Assembly (NCBI GenBank): GCA_947503685.1
Contig: CANNEW010000001.1
Span: 1-46,065, forward strand
Reading direction: 5' to 3'
Source of the DNA: Comamonadaceae bacterium
GTDB lineage: Bacteria > Pseudomonadota > Gammaproteobacteria > Burkholderiales > Burkholderiaceae_C
DNA: 46,065 nucleotides
This document shows, piece after piece, positions 25,874 to 35,767 of this stretch (position 1 is its first letter; each line of letters begins with the position of its first letter). The notes below the pieces were generated by a model. The model was not told the DNA's origin, made no database searches, and worked only from the letters and a program-made list of their open reading frames with translations. The position numbers and the translations under genes are program-made.

Positions 25874-25986
25874 GATGCAAGTAGCGGGGGCGGATGGAGC
25901 TTGCGCTCAAAGCGTAAAAGAAGCGTGTTCTAGAACCCCAAAGCGGCTGCTCCAAAAAGGCAGCGCGGGTTCAGGCGCCGGGGCGC

Positions 25987-27009
25987 CTAGAGCGGAGCAG
26001 CATTGTAACGAAGGCCCCAATCAGCCAGCAGCGCGGCCAAATCCGGGGGCAAGGGGCTTTCAAAGGCCAGCGGCGCACCGGTAATAGGGTGCGCGAAAGC
26101 CAGCCTGAAAGCATGGAGCGCTTGCCTTGCCAGCCCCGGCACGACGGGCCCACCGTAGACACAATCCCCCAGCAATGGGTGACCCAGGGAGGCCATGTGC
26201 ACCCGGATTTGGTGGGTGCGCCCGGTATGCAGCACGCAATGCACCAAGCAGCCTTGCGGGACCTGTCCGAGCAAGTAAGCATCGGTTTGCGCGGTTTTTC
26301 CTGGCGTGGTGGCCAGATCGACGACCGCCATGCGCAAGCGGTTGCGCGGGTCGCGGCCTATGGCCGCTTTGACGCTTTGCTGGGCTGTACCGCGCCAAGT
26401 GCCTTTGGCCAGGGCCAGATACTGGCGGTGCATGCTGCGCGCGGCGATCGCCTGTACCAAGGCGTCCATCGCCTGGCGGGTGCGCGCCACCACCATCAGG
26501 CCGCTGGTATCTTTATCCAGCCGATGCACGATGCCAGCGCGCGGCACCGCGGCCAAACCGGGGTCCATAGCCAAGAGCCCGTTGAGTAAAGTACCACTCC
26601 AATTGCCAGGCGCCGGGTGCACTACCAATCCGGCCGGCTTGTCCAGCACATAAACCTGCGCATCCTGGTAGACCACCTGCAAGTCCATGGCCTGTGGCGC
26701 AAAGGCCTGGCTTTGCGCTGTGGGACGCAATTCCAACTGCAATGCATCGCCTGCTTTGAGCTTGGCAGCCTGCTTGTACGACTGCACGCCGTTGACACAA
26801 ACGCCACCGGCGTCTATGAGCTGCTGCAAGTAATTGCGGGAAAACTCCGAAGCCACCTGCACCAGCACTTTATCCAGGCGCTGGCCATGCAGGTGAAGAT
26901 CGACGCTGAGCTGGCGCAGCTCCACACCAGCGGCGAGGAAATCTTCGCCCTCATCCTGATCAGCCGCCTCCACAAGGGCGCTCGATATAATGGGATTGGT
27001 GTGTTCCAA
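25987..27009 (-). CDS. rluD: 23S rRNA pseudouridine synthase RluD (RluA family)
   Basis: S4 (QRLDKVL), KPAGLVVHP, HRLDKDTSG and TGRTHQIRVH. Divergent from bamD. Start uncertain (TTG 27009 or GTG 26973). Confidence 0.93.
   Translation of the reverse strand: MEHTNPIISSALVEAADQDEGEDFLAAGVELRQLSVDLHLHGQRLDKVLVQVASEFSRNYLQQLIDAGGVCVNGVQSYKQAAKLKAGDALQLELRPTAQSQAFAPQAMDLQVVYQDAQVYVLDKPAGLVVHPAPGNWSGTLLNGLLAMDPGLAAVPRAGIVHRLDKDTSGLMVVARTRQAMDALVQAIAARSMHRQYLALAKGTWRGTAQQSVKAAIGRDPRNRLRMAVVDLATTPGKTAQTDAYLLGQVPQGCLVHCVLHTGRTHQIRVHMASLGHPLLGDCVYGGPVVPGLARQALHAFRLAFAHPITGAPLAFESPLPPDLAALLADWGLRYNAAPL
26986..26991 (+). promoter_or_regulatory. Consensus -10 (TATAAT) for bamD
   Basis: Perfect TATAAT 31 bp upstream of the bamD ATG at 27023. 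Confidence 0.55.
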
Positions 27010-27022
27010 GAAAGTTTTTACC

Positions 27023-27889
27023 ATGTTGAGCGTCAAATTATCGGTGGTTTACTCGGTGCTTTTGGCTCTGGCAGTGGGCTTATTGGGCGCTTGCTCGACC
27101 ACCCCTGAAGACAAAACAGCGGGCTTAAGCCCGGACAAGCTGTACAGCGAGGCGCGGGAACTGATGGACTCGGGCCAATGGGACAAAGCCGTTCCCTTTC
27201 TGGAAAAACTTGAATCTCGGGCCGCAGGAACCCCCTTAGCCCAGCAAGCCCAGTTAGACAAAGCCTACGCGCAATTCAAAGCAGGAGACAAGGCCCAAGC
27301 CATTGCGACACTGGACCGGTTTTTACGGCTGCACCCGGCCAGCTCCGCGCTGGACTATGCGCTCTACCTCAAAGGTTTGTCCAATTTCAATGAAAACCTG
27401 GGTATTTTTGGCGCCTACACCGGGCAGGACTTGGCTGAACGTGATCAAAAGGCGGCCAAAGAGTCTTTTGAATCCTTCAAGGAATTAAGCTCACGCTTCC
27501 CCCAATCGCGCTACACACCGGATGCACTTTTGCGCATGCGCTACATCGTGCAGATGCTTGCCAAAAACGAAGTCTATGTAGCCAAGTATTACTTTAAGCG
27601 CGGCGCTTATGTGGCTGCCTTGAACCGGGCGCAAACTGCGGTTGCCGACTACCGCGATGTACCTGCAGTAGAGGAAGCGCTCTACCTCATTTACAAATCT
27701 TACGAGGCGCTGGGCATGGCGCAGCTGAGCCGGGACGCAAAACGCGTATTGGAAGCGACCTACCCGGGCAGCGATTTTCTCAGTCCAAATGGCAAAGCCG
27801 ATACGCAGAGTTGGTTGGACCTCAACAAACTCAATCCCACCAAGCTGGATTGGAGTTTCCCCAATTTCAATTGGTTTAAGTCGAACTAG
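27023..27889 (+). CDS. bamD: Outer membrane protein assembly lipoprotein BamD
   Basis: Lipobox LGAC, QQAQLDKAYA, DYALYLKGL, RFPQSRY and RGAYVAALNRA. ATG 27023. Confidence 0.95.
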   Translation: MLSVKLSVVYSVLLALAVGLLGACSTTPEDKTAGLSPDKLYSEARELMDSGQWDKAVPFLEKLESRAAGTPLAQQAQLDKAYAQFKAGDKAQAIATLDRFLRLHPASSALDYALYLKGLSNFNENLGIFGAYTGQDLAERDQKAAKESFESFKELSSRFPQSRYTPDALLRMRYIVQMLAKNEVYVAKYYFKRGAYVAALNRAQTAVADYRDVPAVEEALYLIYKSYEALGMAQLSRDAKRVLEATYPGSDFLSPNGKADTQSWLDLNKLNPTKLDWSFPNFNWFKSN

Positions 27890-29948
27890 TCGGGCTTGAC
27901 GCGGCCACCTCGCCATTGCCAACATCGGCTTGTCGCGCCTTGCGCAAGCCTTCTAAAGCGTCCAGCCACTGCTGCTCATCGGCCAATCGACGCATAGCGG
28001 GTAAGCCCGCCAATAACTTCTTGCCATAGCCTTTTTGCACTAAACGCGGGTCACACACGACCAGAACGCCCCGATCGCTTTCGCTGCGTATCAAACGGCC
28101 GGCCCCCTGCTTTAGCGCCAGTGCTGCTTCAGGAAGGTGCAACTCTTTGAATGGGCTTGCGCCGGCCTGCTCTATGGCCAGAGCGCGGGCCCGCACCAAG
28201 GGGTCATCGGGCGGGGCGAAAGGCAACTTATCAATCACCAGCATTTGCAGCGCATCGCCTGCAATATCTACGCCCTCCCAAAATGAGGCGGTGGCGACCA
28301 GCACGCTTCCAGCCGCCTCGACCGGGGCTACCCCAGCGATGCTGGCAGCATGCGAGCGCAAAAAGTTTTCAATCAATAAGCGCTTGGCGTACTGTCCCTG
28401 TACCAGCACCTCGATGCCGGTGCCGGCCAAGTCCTCAGCCAGCGCTTGGGCAATCGCGCGCATAGCGCGCAGCGTGGTAGTGAGCACCATGGTGCGACCT
28501 CCCAAAATACGGGCTCCTCTGGCCACCAGTGCGGCAACCTGCGCGCTGTGATCCTGGGCCGCTGCCGCGTACGCAGCCTCTGGCACATACAGCGCAGCTT
28601 GCTCGGCATAGTCAAAAGGACTGGGCACTTGTAAAACCGTATGCCCCGCTAAACCACAGCTGTTCACAAACCAACTGAGTTGGGCATCGGTGCCCAGCGT
28701 GGCGGAGGTAAAAATCCAGGACCTACCGCGCCCTAGGTCCCGCTCGGCGGCGCTTGGCAGAAGCGCCTGCATATGCGCCGCAATGGTCAAGGGCGCTTGG
28801 TGCAAGCTCAGTTCGGCACCATATTCCAGCCAGCGCAACTGATCCGCCGGCCGCGCTTGTGCAAAAAGGATTAGGCTGTCATGCATAGCCTGGCAGCGCT
28901 GCGCCAGTGTGACCAGGTCGGGCCAGGCCAGGCCCAGTGAACTGCATGTCTGCAAAGCCCTGTCCAGGCTGTTCAAAATTTGATGGATTGCCCTATCCCA
29001 ATAGGCTGGCGACAGCATGTCGGGGCTTGCGTCCGTCCAAGATCGTCGGGGCTCTTGGCCGACGGCCGCTGGCAAGGCATGCAAAGCCTTTGTCGCTTGC
29101 GCCAGGTCGGCCGCCAGTCCCAGCCAATCGGCCATGCCGCGCGCGGGGCCGCTGTTTTGCGCGGCCAAAAGCTGCGCCAAAGAACGCGACTGGGCAGTGC
29201 TCCAACGCTGCCCCAAAAACTGTACTCCGATGTCGCTAAGTTGGTGCGCCTCGTCCAGTATCACCGTACGTACGCTGGGCAGCAGTTCGGCCACACCCGA
29301 TGCGCGAACCCCCGCATCGGCAAAAAATAAATGGTGGTTCACCACCACCAGCTCCGCTTGCATGGCACGCTGGCGTGCCTGCAAGGTATGGCAGTTGGCG
29401 ATTTGCGGGCAGCTCGCGCCCAGGCAATTTTCGCGCGTGGAAGTCACCAAGCCGGCCAGCACCGAATGGTCTTGCAGCGCACCGAGTTCGGCGATATCAC
29501 CTTCCACTGTGCTGTGGGCCCAGGTGCGCGCAGACTCCAGCAATTGCAAATCTTGCGACGAAAAATCATAGGCCGCCTGGTGTGCTGTGGACAGGCGCTG
29601 TGCACACAGGTAACTACTGCGCCCTTTGAGCAGCGCCATGCGAACGGGAAAGCCTAAGGCCTGAATCACCCTGGGCAGATCGCGCAAAAACAGCTGCTCC
29701 TGCAAGGTCTTGGTGGCGGTGGAGATGATGACTCGCTCCCCGCTGAGCAATGCGGGCACCAGGTAGGCCAAGGTCTTGCCCACGCCGGTACCGGCTTCCA
29801 CCGCCAGCACACCCCCCACTTGCATCACCTCTGCCACCGCATGGGCCATGGTTTGCTGGCCTGGGCGCGGCCGAAATCCATCGAGTTTGCGGGCCAAAAC
29901 ACCCGCTGCGGAAAAAGCGGACTCGACGGCATGGACCAGAGATGTCAT
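27876..29948 (-). CDS. DinG/YoaA family Fe-S ATP-dependent DNA helicase
   Basis: Q motif RPGQ, EAGTGVGKT, KGRSSYLC, Fe-S cysteines (C..CLG..C....C), DEAH, SATL, FWEGVD and QGAGRLIR. Confidence 0.93.
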   Translation of the reverse strand: MTSLVHAVESAFSAAGVLARKLDGFRPRPGQQTMAHAVAEVMQVGGVLAVEAGTGVGKTLAYLVPALLSGERVIISTATKTLQEQLFLRDLPRVIQALGFPVRMALLKGRSSYLCAQRLSTAHQAAYDFSSQDLQLLESARTWAHSTVEGDIAELGALQDHSVLAGLVTSTRENCLGASCPQIANCHTLQARQRAMQAELVVVNHHLFFADAGVRASGVAELLPSVRTVILDEAHQLSDIGVQFLGQRWSTAQSRSLAQLLAAQNSGPARGMADWLGLAADLAQATKALHALPAAVGQEPRRSWTDASPDMLSPAYWDRAIHQILNSLDRALQTCSSLGLAWPDLVTLAQRCQAMHDSLILFAQARPADQLRWLEYGAELSLHQAPLTIAAHMQALLPSAAERDLGRGRSWIFTSATLGTDAQLSWFVNSCGLAGHTVLQVPSPFDYAEQAALYVPEAAYAAAAQDHSAQVAALVARGARILGGRTMVLTTTLRAMRAIAQALAEDLAGTGIEVLVQGQYAKRLLIENFLRSHAASIAGVAPVEAAGSVLVATASFWEGVDIAGDALQMLVIDKLPFAPPDDPLVRARALAIEQAGASPFKELHLPEAALALKQGAGRLIRSESDRGVLVVCDPRLVQKGYGKKLLAGLPAMRRLADEQQWLDALEGLRKARQADVGNGEVAASSPTSST

Positions 29949-30036
29949 ACGCGTTAAATCAATCTCCGCCTACTTAGGCCGGAACACGGGCATTTGCCAT
30001 AGCTAAGCCCTTCTACCAATATATGACGCGAAACTT

Positions 30037-31134
30037 TCACGTCAGGCCTGTATCCACTTTGCGGCGCTCAAGGTCCAGAAACTGCGGGGTTTGCATTTCG
30101 TTGAGGCGCGACACTGTGCGCGGGAACTCATGCGCCAGCGGACCTTCGGTATACAGTTCCTCGGGCCGCACTTGGGCCGAGACAATCAACTTGATGTGCC
30201 GGTCGTAGAGCACGTCGACCAACCAGGTAAAGCGCCTTGCCTCGGCGTTGCGGTTGACCGGCATATGGGGCACATCGCTCAGCAGCACCGTGTGGAACTG
30301 GTTGGCAATTTCCAAATAGTCATTTTGCGAGCGGGGCCCGCCGCACAGTTCATTGAAATCGAACCAGACCACGCCTCCGGCGCGCTTGCGGGCATAGATG
30401 CTGCGCTGCTCGATACGTAACACGCGCTCGCCGTCCTGGGCTTCGGCCAAGCGGGTAAAAGCCTGGGCCATGGCCACGTCCGCAACAGGCCCGTTGGGGA
30501 CATGGTAAAAATCCAAAGCGCCCATGGCCAAACGGCGATAGTCCGTGCCGTTGTCCACATTGATGACCTGCATCTGCTGGTTCAAAAATGCAATCGCGCC
30601 TAGCACCCGGTCCCGGTGCATACCCCCGGGGTATAAATCATCGGGCTTGAAATTCGAGGTGGTGACAAAGCCCACCTCATGGGTATGCAAAGCTTCGAGC
30701 AGGCGGTGCAATATCAGCGCGTCGGTGATATCTGCCACATGAAATTCGTCAAAACAAATCAGCTTATAGCGAAGCGCCATGCGTTCGCCCAGCACATCAA
30801 GTGGGTTGGCGGTACCCTGCAAGTCATGGAGTTCGCGGTGCACTTCGCGCATGAACTCATGAAAATGCAAGCGCGCTTTGCGCTTGAGTGGGACCGCTTC
30901 GAAAAAGCAATCCATCAAAAAACTTTTGCCCCGGCCAACACCGCCATACAAATAGACGCCCCGAGGGATTGGGGGATGGTGAATCAGTTTCTTAAAAGAG
31001 TTGCCACGCTGTTCCTTGTAAATGGCCCATTGCTGCGCACACCTATCCAGGGATTGCACCGCGCGTAATTGGGCCGGATCGCTGTCGAATCCGCGGTGTA
31101 ACAACTCTTTTTGGTAGTAAGCAAGCACAGACAT
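30037..31134 (-). CDS. zapE: Cell division ATPase ZapE (AFG1 family)
   Basis: DPAQ, GVYLYGGVGRGKS, HFHEFM, CFDEF, TSN and RTVSRL.EMQ. Confidence 0.95.
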   Translation of the reverse strand: MSVLAYYQKELLHRGFDSDPAQLRAVQSLDRCAQQWAIYKEQRGNSFKKLIHHPPIPRGVYLYGGVGRGKSFLMDCFFEAVPLKRKARLHFHEFMREVHRELHDLQGTANPLDVLGERMALRYKLICFDEFHVADITDALILHRLLEALHTHEVGFVTTSNFKPDDLYPGGMHRDRVLGAIAFLNQQMQVINVDNGTDYRRLAMGALDFYHVPNGPVADVAMAQAFTRLAEAQDGERVLRIEQRSIYARKRAGGVVWFDFNELCGGPRSQNDYLEIANQFHTVLLSDVPHMPVNRNAEARRFTWLVDVLYDRHIKLIVSAQVRPEELYTEGPLAHEFPRTVSRLNEMQTPQFLDLERRKVDTGLT

Positions 31135-31230
31135 AGCGGCCACTATTGTGCCTTGCGGACCAGCGCTGCTAGCGCACCATGCGCAAAAGACACGCCATGC
31201 CCAGAGGCCGGCCTATAGGGTGGGAAGGAG

Positions 31231-32601
31231 TCAGTCAGCCAACGCTTGCGCGGGCGCTTGCACTGCCTGGACTTGCACCCTGTGAGGAGGAAACCCGATC
31301 TGAAAGCGCGAACCTTCCCCGGGGATGCTGGAAATTGATAGCTCTGCGCCATGGCGCTGCACCACGTGCTTGACGATGGCTAGCCCCAGCCCGGTACCAC
31401 CCGTGTCGCGCGAGCGGCTGCGATCGACCCGGTAAAAGCGTTCGGTCAGGCGCCCAATATGCTCCTGCGCAATACCCATGCCCTGGTCATAGACTGCAAA
31501 TTGGGCACCCCCCTCTTCCGTCACGCTGGCAATGACACGGATGGACTTTTCAGCCGGCGTGTAGCGCACCGCATTGCCGATCAGGTTAAAAAAGGCGCTG
31601 TGCAGTTCTGAAGCGGAACCGGCCAGCGACAAACCCGTCTGAATTTCAAAGCTCATACTGTGGGCTTGCCCCCACAAGACGCGCGATAACTCGCCCGCTT
31701 CCTGCCGGCATTGGTCCACCAGCAAACTGACATCCACCCACTCCTGCGTTGAAGGCAGCGGACTGCCCTCCAGCCGCGAAAGCGTTAACAGATCGTTCAC
31801 CAGGGACTGCATGCGCGAGGCCTGCTGCGCCATTAAATCCAGATAACGTGCGCGTTCAGTCGCATTGAGCGACAGGGTTTGCAACGTTTCCACAAAGCCA
31901 CCGAGTACCGTCAGCGGAGTCCGGATTTCGTGCGATACATTGGCCACAAAATCACGGCGCATGGCCTCGGCCTGCTCCACTGCAGTGACATCGCGCGACA
32001 GCAGCAGGCTTCGCCCTGCCCCGTAGGGATGCACATGCACCGACAGCCGCACCGGCAAGGTGATGGTACTAGCGCGGCCCGGCATCAGCACATCTTTTTC
32101 AAAGTCTTTAGCAGCAAAGTAGGCGGCAAAGCTTGGATCACGCACCAAATTCGCAAAATGCTGCTCCAAGTCGCGCCGCGCGTCCAGACCAAAATGCAGT
32201 CCCGCTGAATCGTTAAACCATTCAATGCGGAAATCCTTGTCCAGCATCACCACGCCATTAGGCGAAGCCTGCATAGCGGCTAAAAATTCCTGCAAGCGCT
32301 CATCACGCTGCTGCACCGCACGTTCGTTATTGCGCAGTAAGCGGCGGATACGATTGGAAAACTCGCCCCATAGGCCAGACTGAACTGCCACTTCACGGGT
32401 TTCATCGCTGCGCAACCAACGCATAACGCGCAAACCCCGCGATAAATCCCACAAGAGCCAAAAATAGGTGGCAGCTAAGGCGCCCACCAAGGCGGCGGCC
32501 ACCATAGCGCCTTGGGCTGGCGCAAAAACGCGCATGAAAATAGCAGCGAGTAATGCGCCCACGCCCTGGAACAAGGCAAAACTAAGCAGGCGAAATAGCA
32601 T
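31231..32601 (-). CDS. phoR: Phosphate regulon sensor histidine kinase PhoR
   Basis: TM, PAS, RRDFVANVSHEIRTPLT, NAVRY and ERFYRVDRSRSRDTGGTGLGLAIVKH. Confidence 0.96.
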   Translation of the reverse strand: MLFRLLSFALFQGVGALLAAIFMRVFAPAQGAMVAAALVGALAATYFWLLWDLSRGLRVMRWLRSDETREVAVQSGLWGEFSNRIRRLLRNNERAVQQRDERLQEFLAAMQASPNGVVMLDKDFRIEWFNDSAGLHFGLDARRDLEQHFANLVRDPSFAAYFAAKDFEKDVLMPGRASTITLPVRLSVHVHPYGAGRSLLLSRDVTAVEQAEAMRRDFVANVSHEIRTPLTVLGGFVETLQTLSLNATERARYLDLMAQQASRMQSLVNDLLTLSRLEGSPLPSTQEWVDVSLLVDQCRQEAGELSRVLWGQAHSMSFEIQTGLSLAGSASELHSAFFNLIGNAVRYTPAEKSIRVIASVTEEGGAQFAVYDQGMGIAQEHIGRLTERFYRVDRSRSRDTGGTGLGLAIVKHVVQRHGAELSISSIPGEGSRFQIGFPPHRVQVQAVQAPAQALAD

Positions 32602-32626
32602 GCAATGCTGGCGGCAATTGGCTTAC

Positions 32627-33349
32627 TTAGCCCGCCAAATCGCTAGGCTGCGCTTGAAGTTGGGGTTTGGCCGTCAGGCGGTAACCAGCGCCGCGAACGG
32701 TCTCCACCATAGCGGCGGCTTCGCCCAAGGCTTCTCGCAGGCGCTTGACATGCACATCCACCGTGCGCTCTTCAATATAGACATGGTCACCCCAGACCTT
32801 GTCGAGCAACTGCCCTCGGCTGTGCACGCGCTCAGCATGCCCCATGAGGTATTGCAAAAGCTTAAATTCTGTCGGGCCCAATTTGATCGCCTGGTCGTTG
32901 AAGGACACCCGGTGGGTGGCCGAATCAAGGCGCAAGCCCGATATCAAAATAGCTTCGTCTTTCATTTGCGGAGCGCGGCGGCGCAACACCGCACGCACCC
33001 GTGCGAGCAATTCTTTGGTGGAGAAAGGCTTGGCGATGTAATCGTCCGCACCCGCATCCAGGCCCGCGACACGGTCTGCCTCGTCGCCACGGGCCGTCAG
33101 CATAATCAGCGGCACCGCCTTGGTTCGATCATTTCCGCGCCAGCGTTTGGCTAGCGACAGGCCGCTTTCCCCGGGCAACATCCAGTCCAGCAAAATCACA
33201 TCGGGCAGCGCCGCGTCGATTTCGCGCTGCGCACTGATACTGTCCATAGCCCAAATCGGTCGAAAACCGTTGTGCCGCAAGTTCACTGCGATCAGTTCGG
33301 CAATCGAAGGTTCATCCTCGACTAACAGCACCGTAGGCGCGTTTCTCAT
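32627..33349 (-). CDS. phoB: Phosphate regulon response regulator PhoB
   Basis: LLDWMLPG, MLTARG, LGPTEFKLL, VWG..VYIEERTVDVH and TVRGAGY. Confidence 0.97.
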   Translation of the reverse strand: MRNAPTVLLVEDEPSIAELIAVNLRHNGFRPIWAMDSISAQREIDAALPDVILLDWMLPGESGLSLAKRWRGNDRTKAVPLIMLTARGDEADRVAGLDAGADDYIAKPFSTKELLARVRAVLRRRAPQMKDEAILISGLRLDSATHRVSFNDQAIKLGPTEFKLLQYLMGHAERVHSRGQLLDKVWGDHVYIEERTVDVHVKRLREALGEAAAMVETVRGAGYRLTAKPQLQAQPSDLAG

Positions 33350-34047
33350 TTAATCGCCTGCTCCACCTGGGCCAAGCTGCTGTGGCGCACATCCTCGCCT
33401 TTGACCACATAAATGATGAACTCGGCGATATTTTTGGCATGGTCACCAATGCGCTCGATTGCTTTGGCCAGAAACAGGAGGTCCAGACTGGCTGAAATCG
33501 TGCGCGGGTCTTCCATCATGTAGGTGATGAGTATGCGTACAAAGCCATCAAACTCCCGGTCAATCTCGTCGTCTTCTTTCAAAATGCTCAACGCGGCGTT
33601 GACATCCAAGCGGGCAAATGCATCTAGCGCCTTATTAAGCAAACTAGAGGCCAACTCTCCAGCGTAACGTAACTCGACTGTCGGCAAGGAGCGCGGTGCG
33701 CCCGCGTCAATGATCGAACGCGCCATGCGCGCGATTTTGGCTGCCTCATCACCTACCCGCTCCAAGTTGGCGGTGGTCTTGGAGATAGCAATCAGCAAGC
33801 GCAGGTCGCGCGCCGTCGGTTGGCGCCGGGCAATGATCGAAGACAAATCCCGATCAATCTCGATTTCCATCGCGTTCACGCGGGCCTCCGCCACTGCGAC
33901 TTCCTCGGCCGCTTCCAAACTGCGGTTGGAAAGCGCCTTGATGGCGCCAAGTATCTGGGATTCAACCAGTCCACCCATTTCCATGACCTGGGATGACACC
34001 GAGGTCAATTCAGAGTCAAATTGGGTTGAGAGATGCTTATCTGGCAT
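33346..34047 (-). CDS. phoU: Phosphate signalling protein PhoU
   Basis: RRQPTARDLR, LERVGDEA and IERIGDHAKNIAE. ATGA-type overlap (ATGA/TAA 4 bp) with phoB. Confidence 0.97.
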   Translation of the reverse strand: MPDKHLSTQFDSELTSVSSQVMEMGGLVESQILGAIKALSNRSLEAAEEVAVAEARVNAMEIEIDRDLSSIIARRQPTARDLRLLIAISKTTANLERVGDEAAKIARMARSIIDAGAPRSLPTVELRYAGELASSLLNKALDAFARLDVNAALSILKEDDEIDREFDGFVRILITYMMEDPRTISASLDLLFLAKAIERIGDHAKNIAEFIIYVVKGEDVRHSSLAQVEQAIK

Positions 34048-34102
34048 GGGATTTCCTCATTGAGTAAATAGGGGGAAAAAGTTGGCAGGGTGTAGCGCCA
34101 GC

Positions 34103-34888
34103 TTAGCCGAAACGGCCGGTTATATAGTCTTCGGTCTCTTTGCGCTGCGGTTTGAAAAACATTTGCTTGGTATCGCCGAACTCGATCAAGTCACCCAAAT
34201 ACATATAGGCCGTGTAGTCGCTGCAACGAGCAGCCTGCTGCATGTTATGCGTCACGATGACTACGGTGTAATCTGCCTTGAGTTCCACGATCAACTCTTC
34301 CACCTTGGCTGTGGATATCGGGTCAAGCGCTGAGCAGGGCTCATCGAGCAACAGCACCTCCGGTTTGATCGCAATGCCACGGGCGATACACAGGCGCTGT
34401 TGCTGCCCGCCCGATAGGCTAGAGCCATTTTGTTGCAATTTATCCTTGACCTCCGTCCACAGTGCCGACTTACGTAAGGCCCATTCCACCCGCTCTTCCA
34501 TATCGCTGGAACTGAGGTTTTCAAACAACTTGACGCCGAAGGCCACATTGTCATAAATCGACATGGGGAAGGGCGTCGGCTTTTGGAACACCATACCCAC
34601 TTTCGCACGAAGCAAGGCCACATCGTCTTTGCTTTTGAGCAAGTTTTCGCCATCAAGCAATATCTGCCCTTCGGCGCGCTGCTCTGGATACAACTCAAAC
34701 ATACGATTGAGCACGCGCAAGAGCGTCGACTTACCGCAACCTGAAGGACCAATGAAGGCGGTCACACGCCCCTCCGGGATATCCAAATTGATGTCTTTCA
34801 ATGCCTTGAATTTTCCATAATAAAAATTCAGGTCTCTGATTGAAATCTTGGTGCGGGCAATGCTGGTATCTGTGTTTTGCATGGTCAT
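34103..34888 (-). CDS. pstB: Phosphate ABC transporter ATPase
   Basis: [37 protein letters not shown] and EDYITGRFG. Confidence 0.98.
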   Translation of the reverse strand: MTMQNTDTSIARTKISIRDLNFYYGKFKALKDINLDIPEGRVTAFIGPSGCGKSTLLRVLNRMFELYPEQRAEGQILLDGENLLKSKDDVALLRAKVGMVFQKPTPFPMSIYDNVAFGVKLFENLSSSDMEERVEWALRKSALWTEVKDKLQQNGSSLSGGQQQRLCIARGIAIKPEVLLLDEPCSALDPISTAKVEELIVELKADYTVVIVTHNMQQAARCSDYTAYMYLGDLIEFGDTKQMFFKPQRKETEDYITGRFG

Positions 34889-34903
34889 AGTATTCCCGAA
34901 AAG

Positions 34904-35767
34904 TTAGGTTTTTTGGCGCGTCAACACGCGCGCCACGATATTGAGGCCGAGCACCGCCAGGGTGATCAGGAACACGCCCGCCCAAGCGAGCTTCTGCCAA
35001 TTTTCGTAAGGACTCATCGCAAACTTGAAAATAGTTACTGGTAAGCTGGCCATCGGCTCACTCAAATTGGAGGTCCAAAATTGGTTGCTTAATGCGGTGA
35101 ACAACAAAGGGGCGGTTTCGCCCGCGATCCGCGCTACCGCTAGCAATACACCGGTAATCACTCCCGAGCGCGCCGCCCTCATGGTGATACTGCCGATCAC
35201 TTTCCATTTGGGCGCACCCAAAGCGTAAGCGGCCTCGCGTAGCCCGGAGGGCACGAGGCGCAGCATATCTTCGGTGGTGCGAATCACCACGGGAATGACG
35301 ATCAGCGCCAGCGCCACCACCCCGGCAAAACCCGAAAACGACCTAAAGCTGGAAACCACCACCGAATAGACAAAAAGACCGATGACGATGGACGGCGCAG
35401 AAAGCAAAATGTCATTGACAAAGCGCGTGGTCTCGGCCAGCCATCCTTTGGAGTCAAACTCGGCCAAGTAAATGCCTGCCATGATGCCAATGGGCGCGCC
35501 CAAACAGGTGGCCAAGGTGACCATCACCAGGGAGCCGTAGATCGCATTGGCCAGACCGCCCTCTTCATTGGGTGGCGGCGTCATCTGCGTTAGGGTTGCA
35601 AAAGTCAAGCCGTCAATACCCAAACTGACCGTCTCAAACAAAATCCAAAATAGCCAGAAAAGCCCAAAAACCATAGCCGACATGGCCAGCGCAATGGCCA
35701 GTAAATTGACACGTTTACGGCTGGCGAAGCGCGCTCTGCGAGCGTCCAATGCAAGGTTCGTACTCAT
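34904..35767 (-). CDS. pstA: Phosphate ABC transporter permease PstA
   Basis: [26 protein letters not shown] and [13 protein letters not shown]. Confidence 0.96.
   Translation of the reverse strand: MSTNLALDARRARFASRKRVNLLAIALAMSAMVFGLFWLFWILFETVSLGIDGLTFATLTQMTPPPNEEGGLANAIYGSLVMVTLATCLGAPIGIMAGIYLAEFDSKGWLAETTRFVNDILLSAPSIVIGLFVYSVVVSSFRSFSGFAGVVALALIVIPVVIRTTEDMLRLVPSGLREAAYALGAPKWKVIGSITMRAARSGVITGVLLAVARIAGETAPLLFTALSNQFWTSNLSEPMASLPVTIFKFAMSPYENWQKLAWAGVFLITLAVLGLNIVARVLTRQKT

Noticed and set aside
30013-30030. GTCAT half-site upstream of the DinG/YoaA helicase
   Set aside because: It is a single half-site with no partner at 11 bp.
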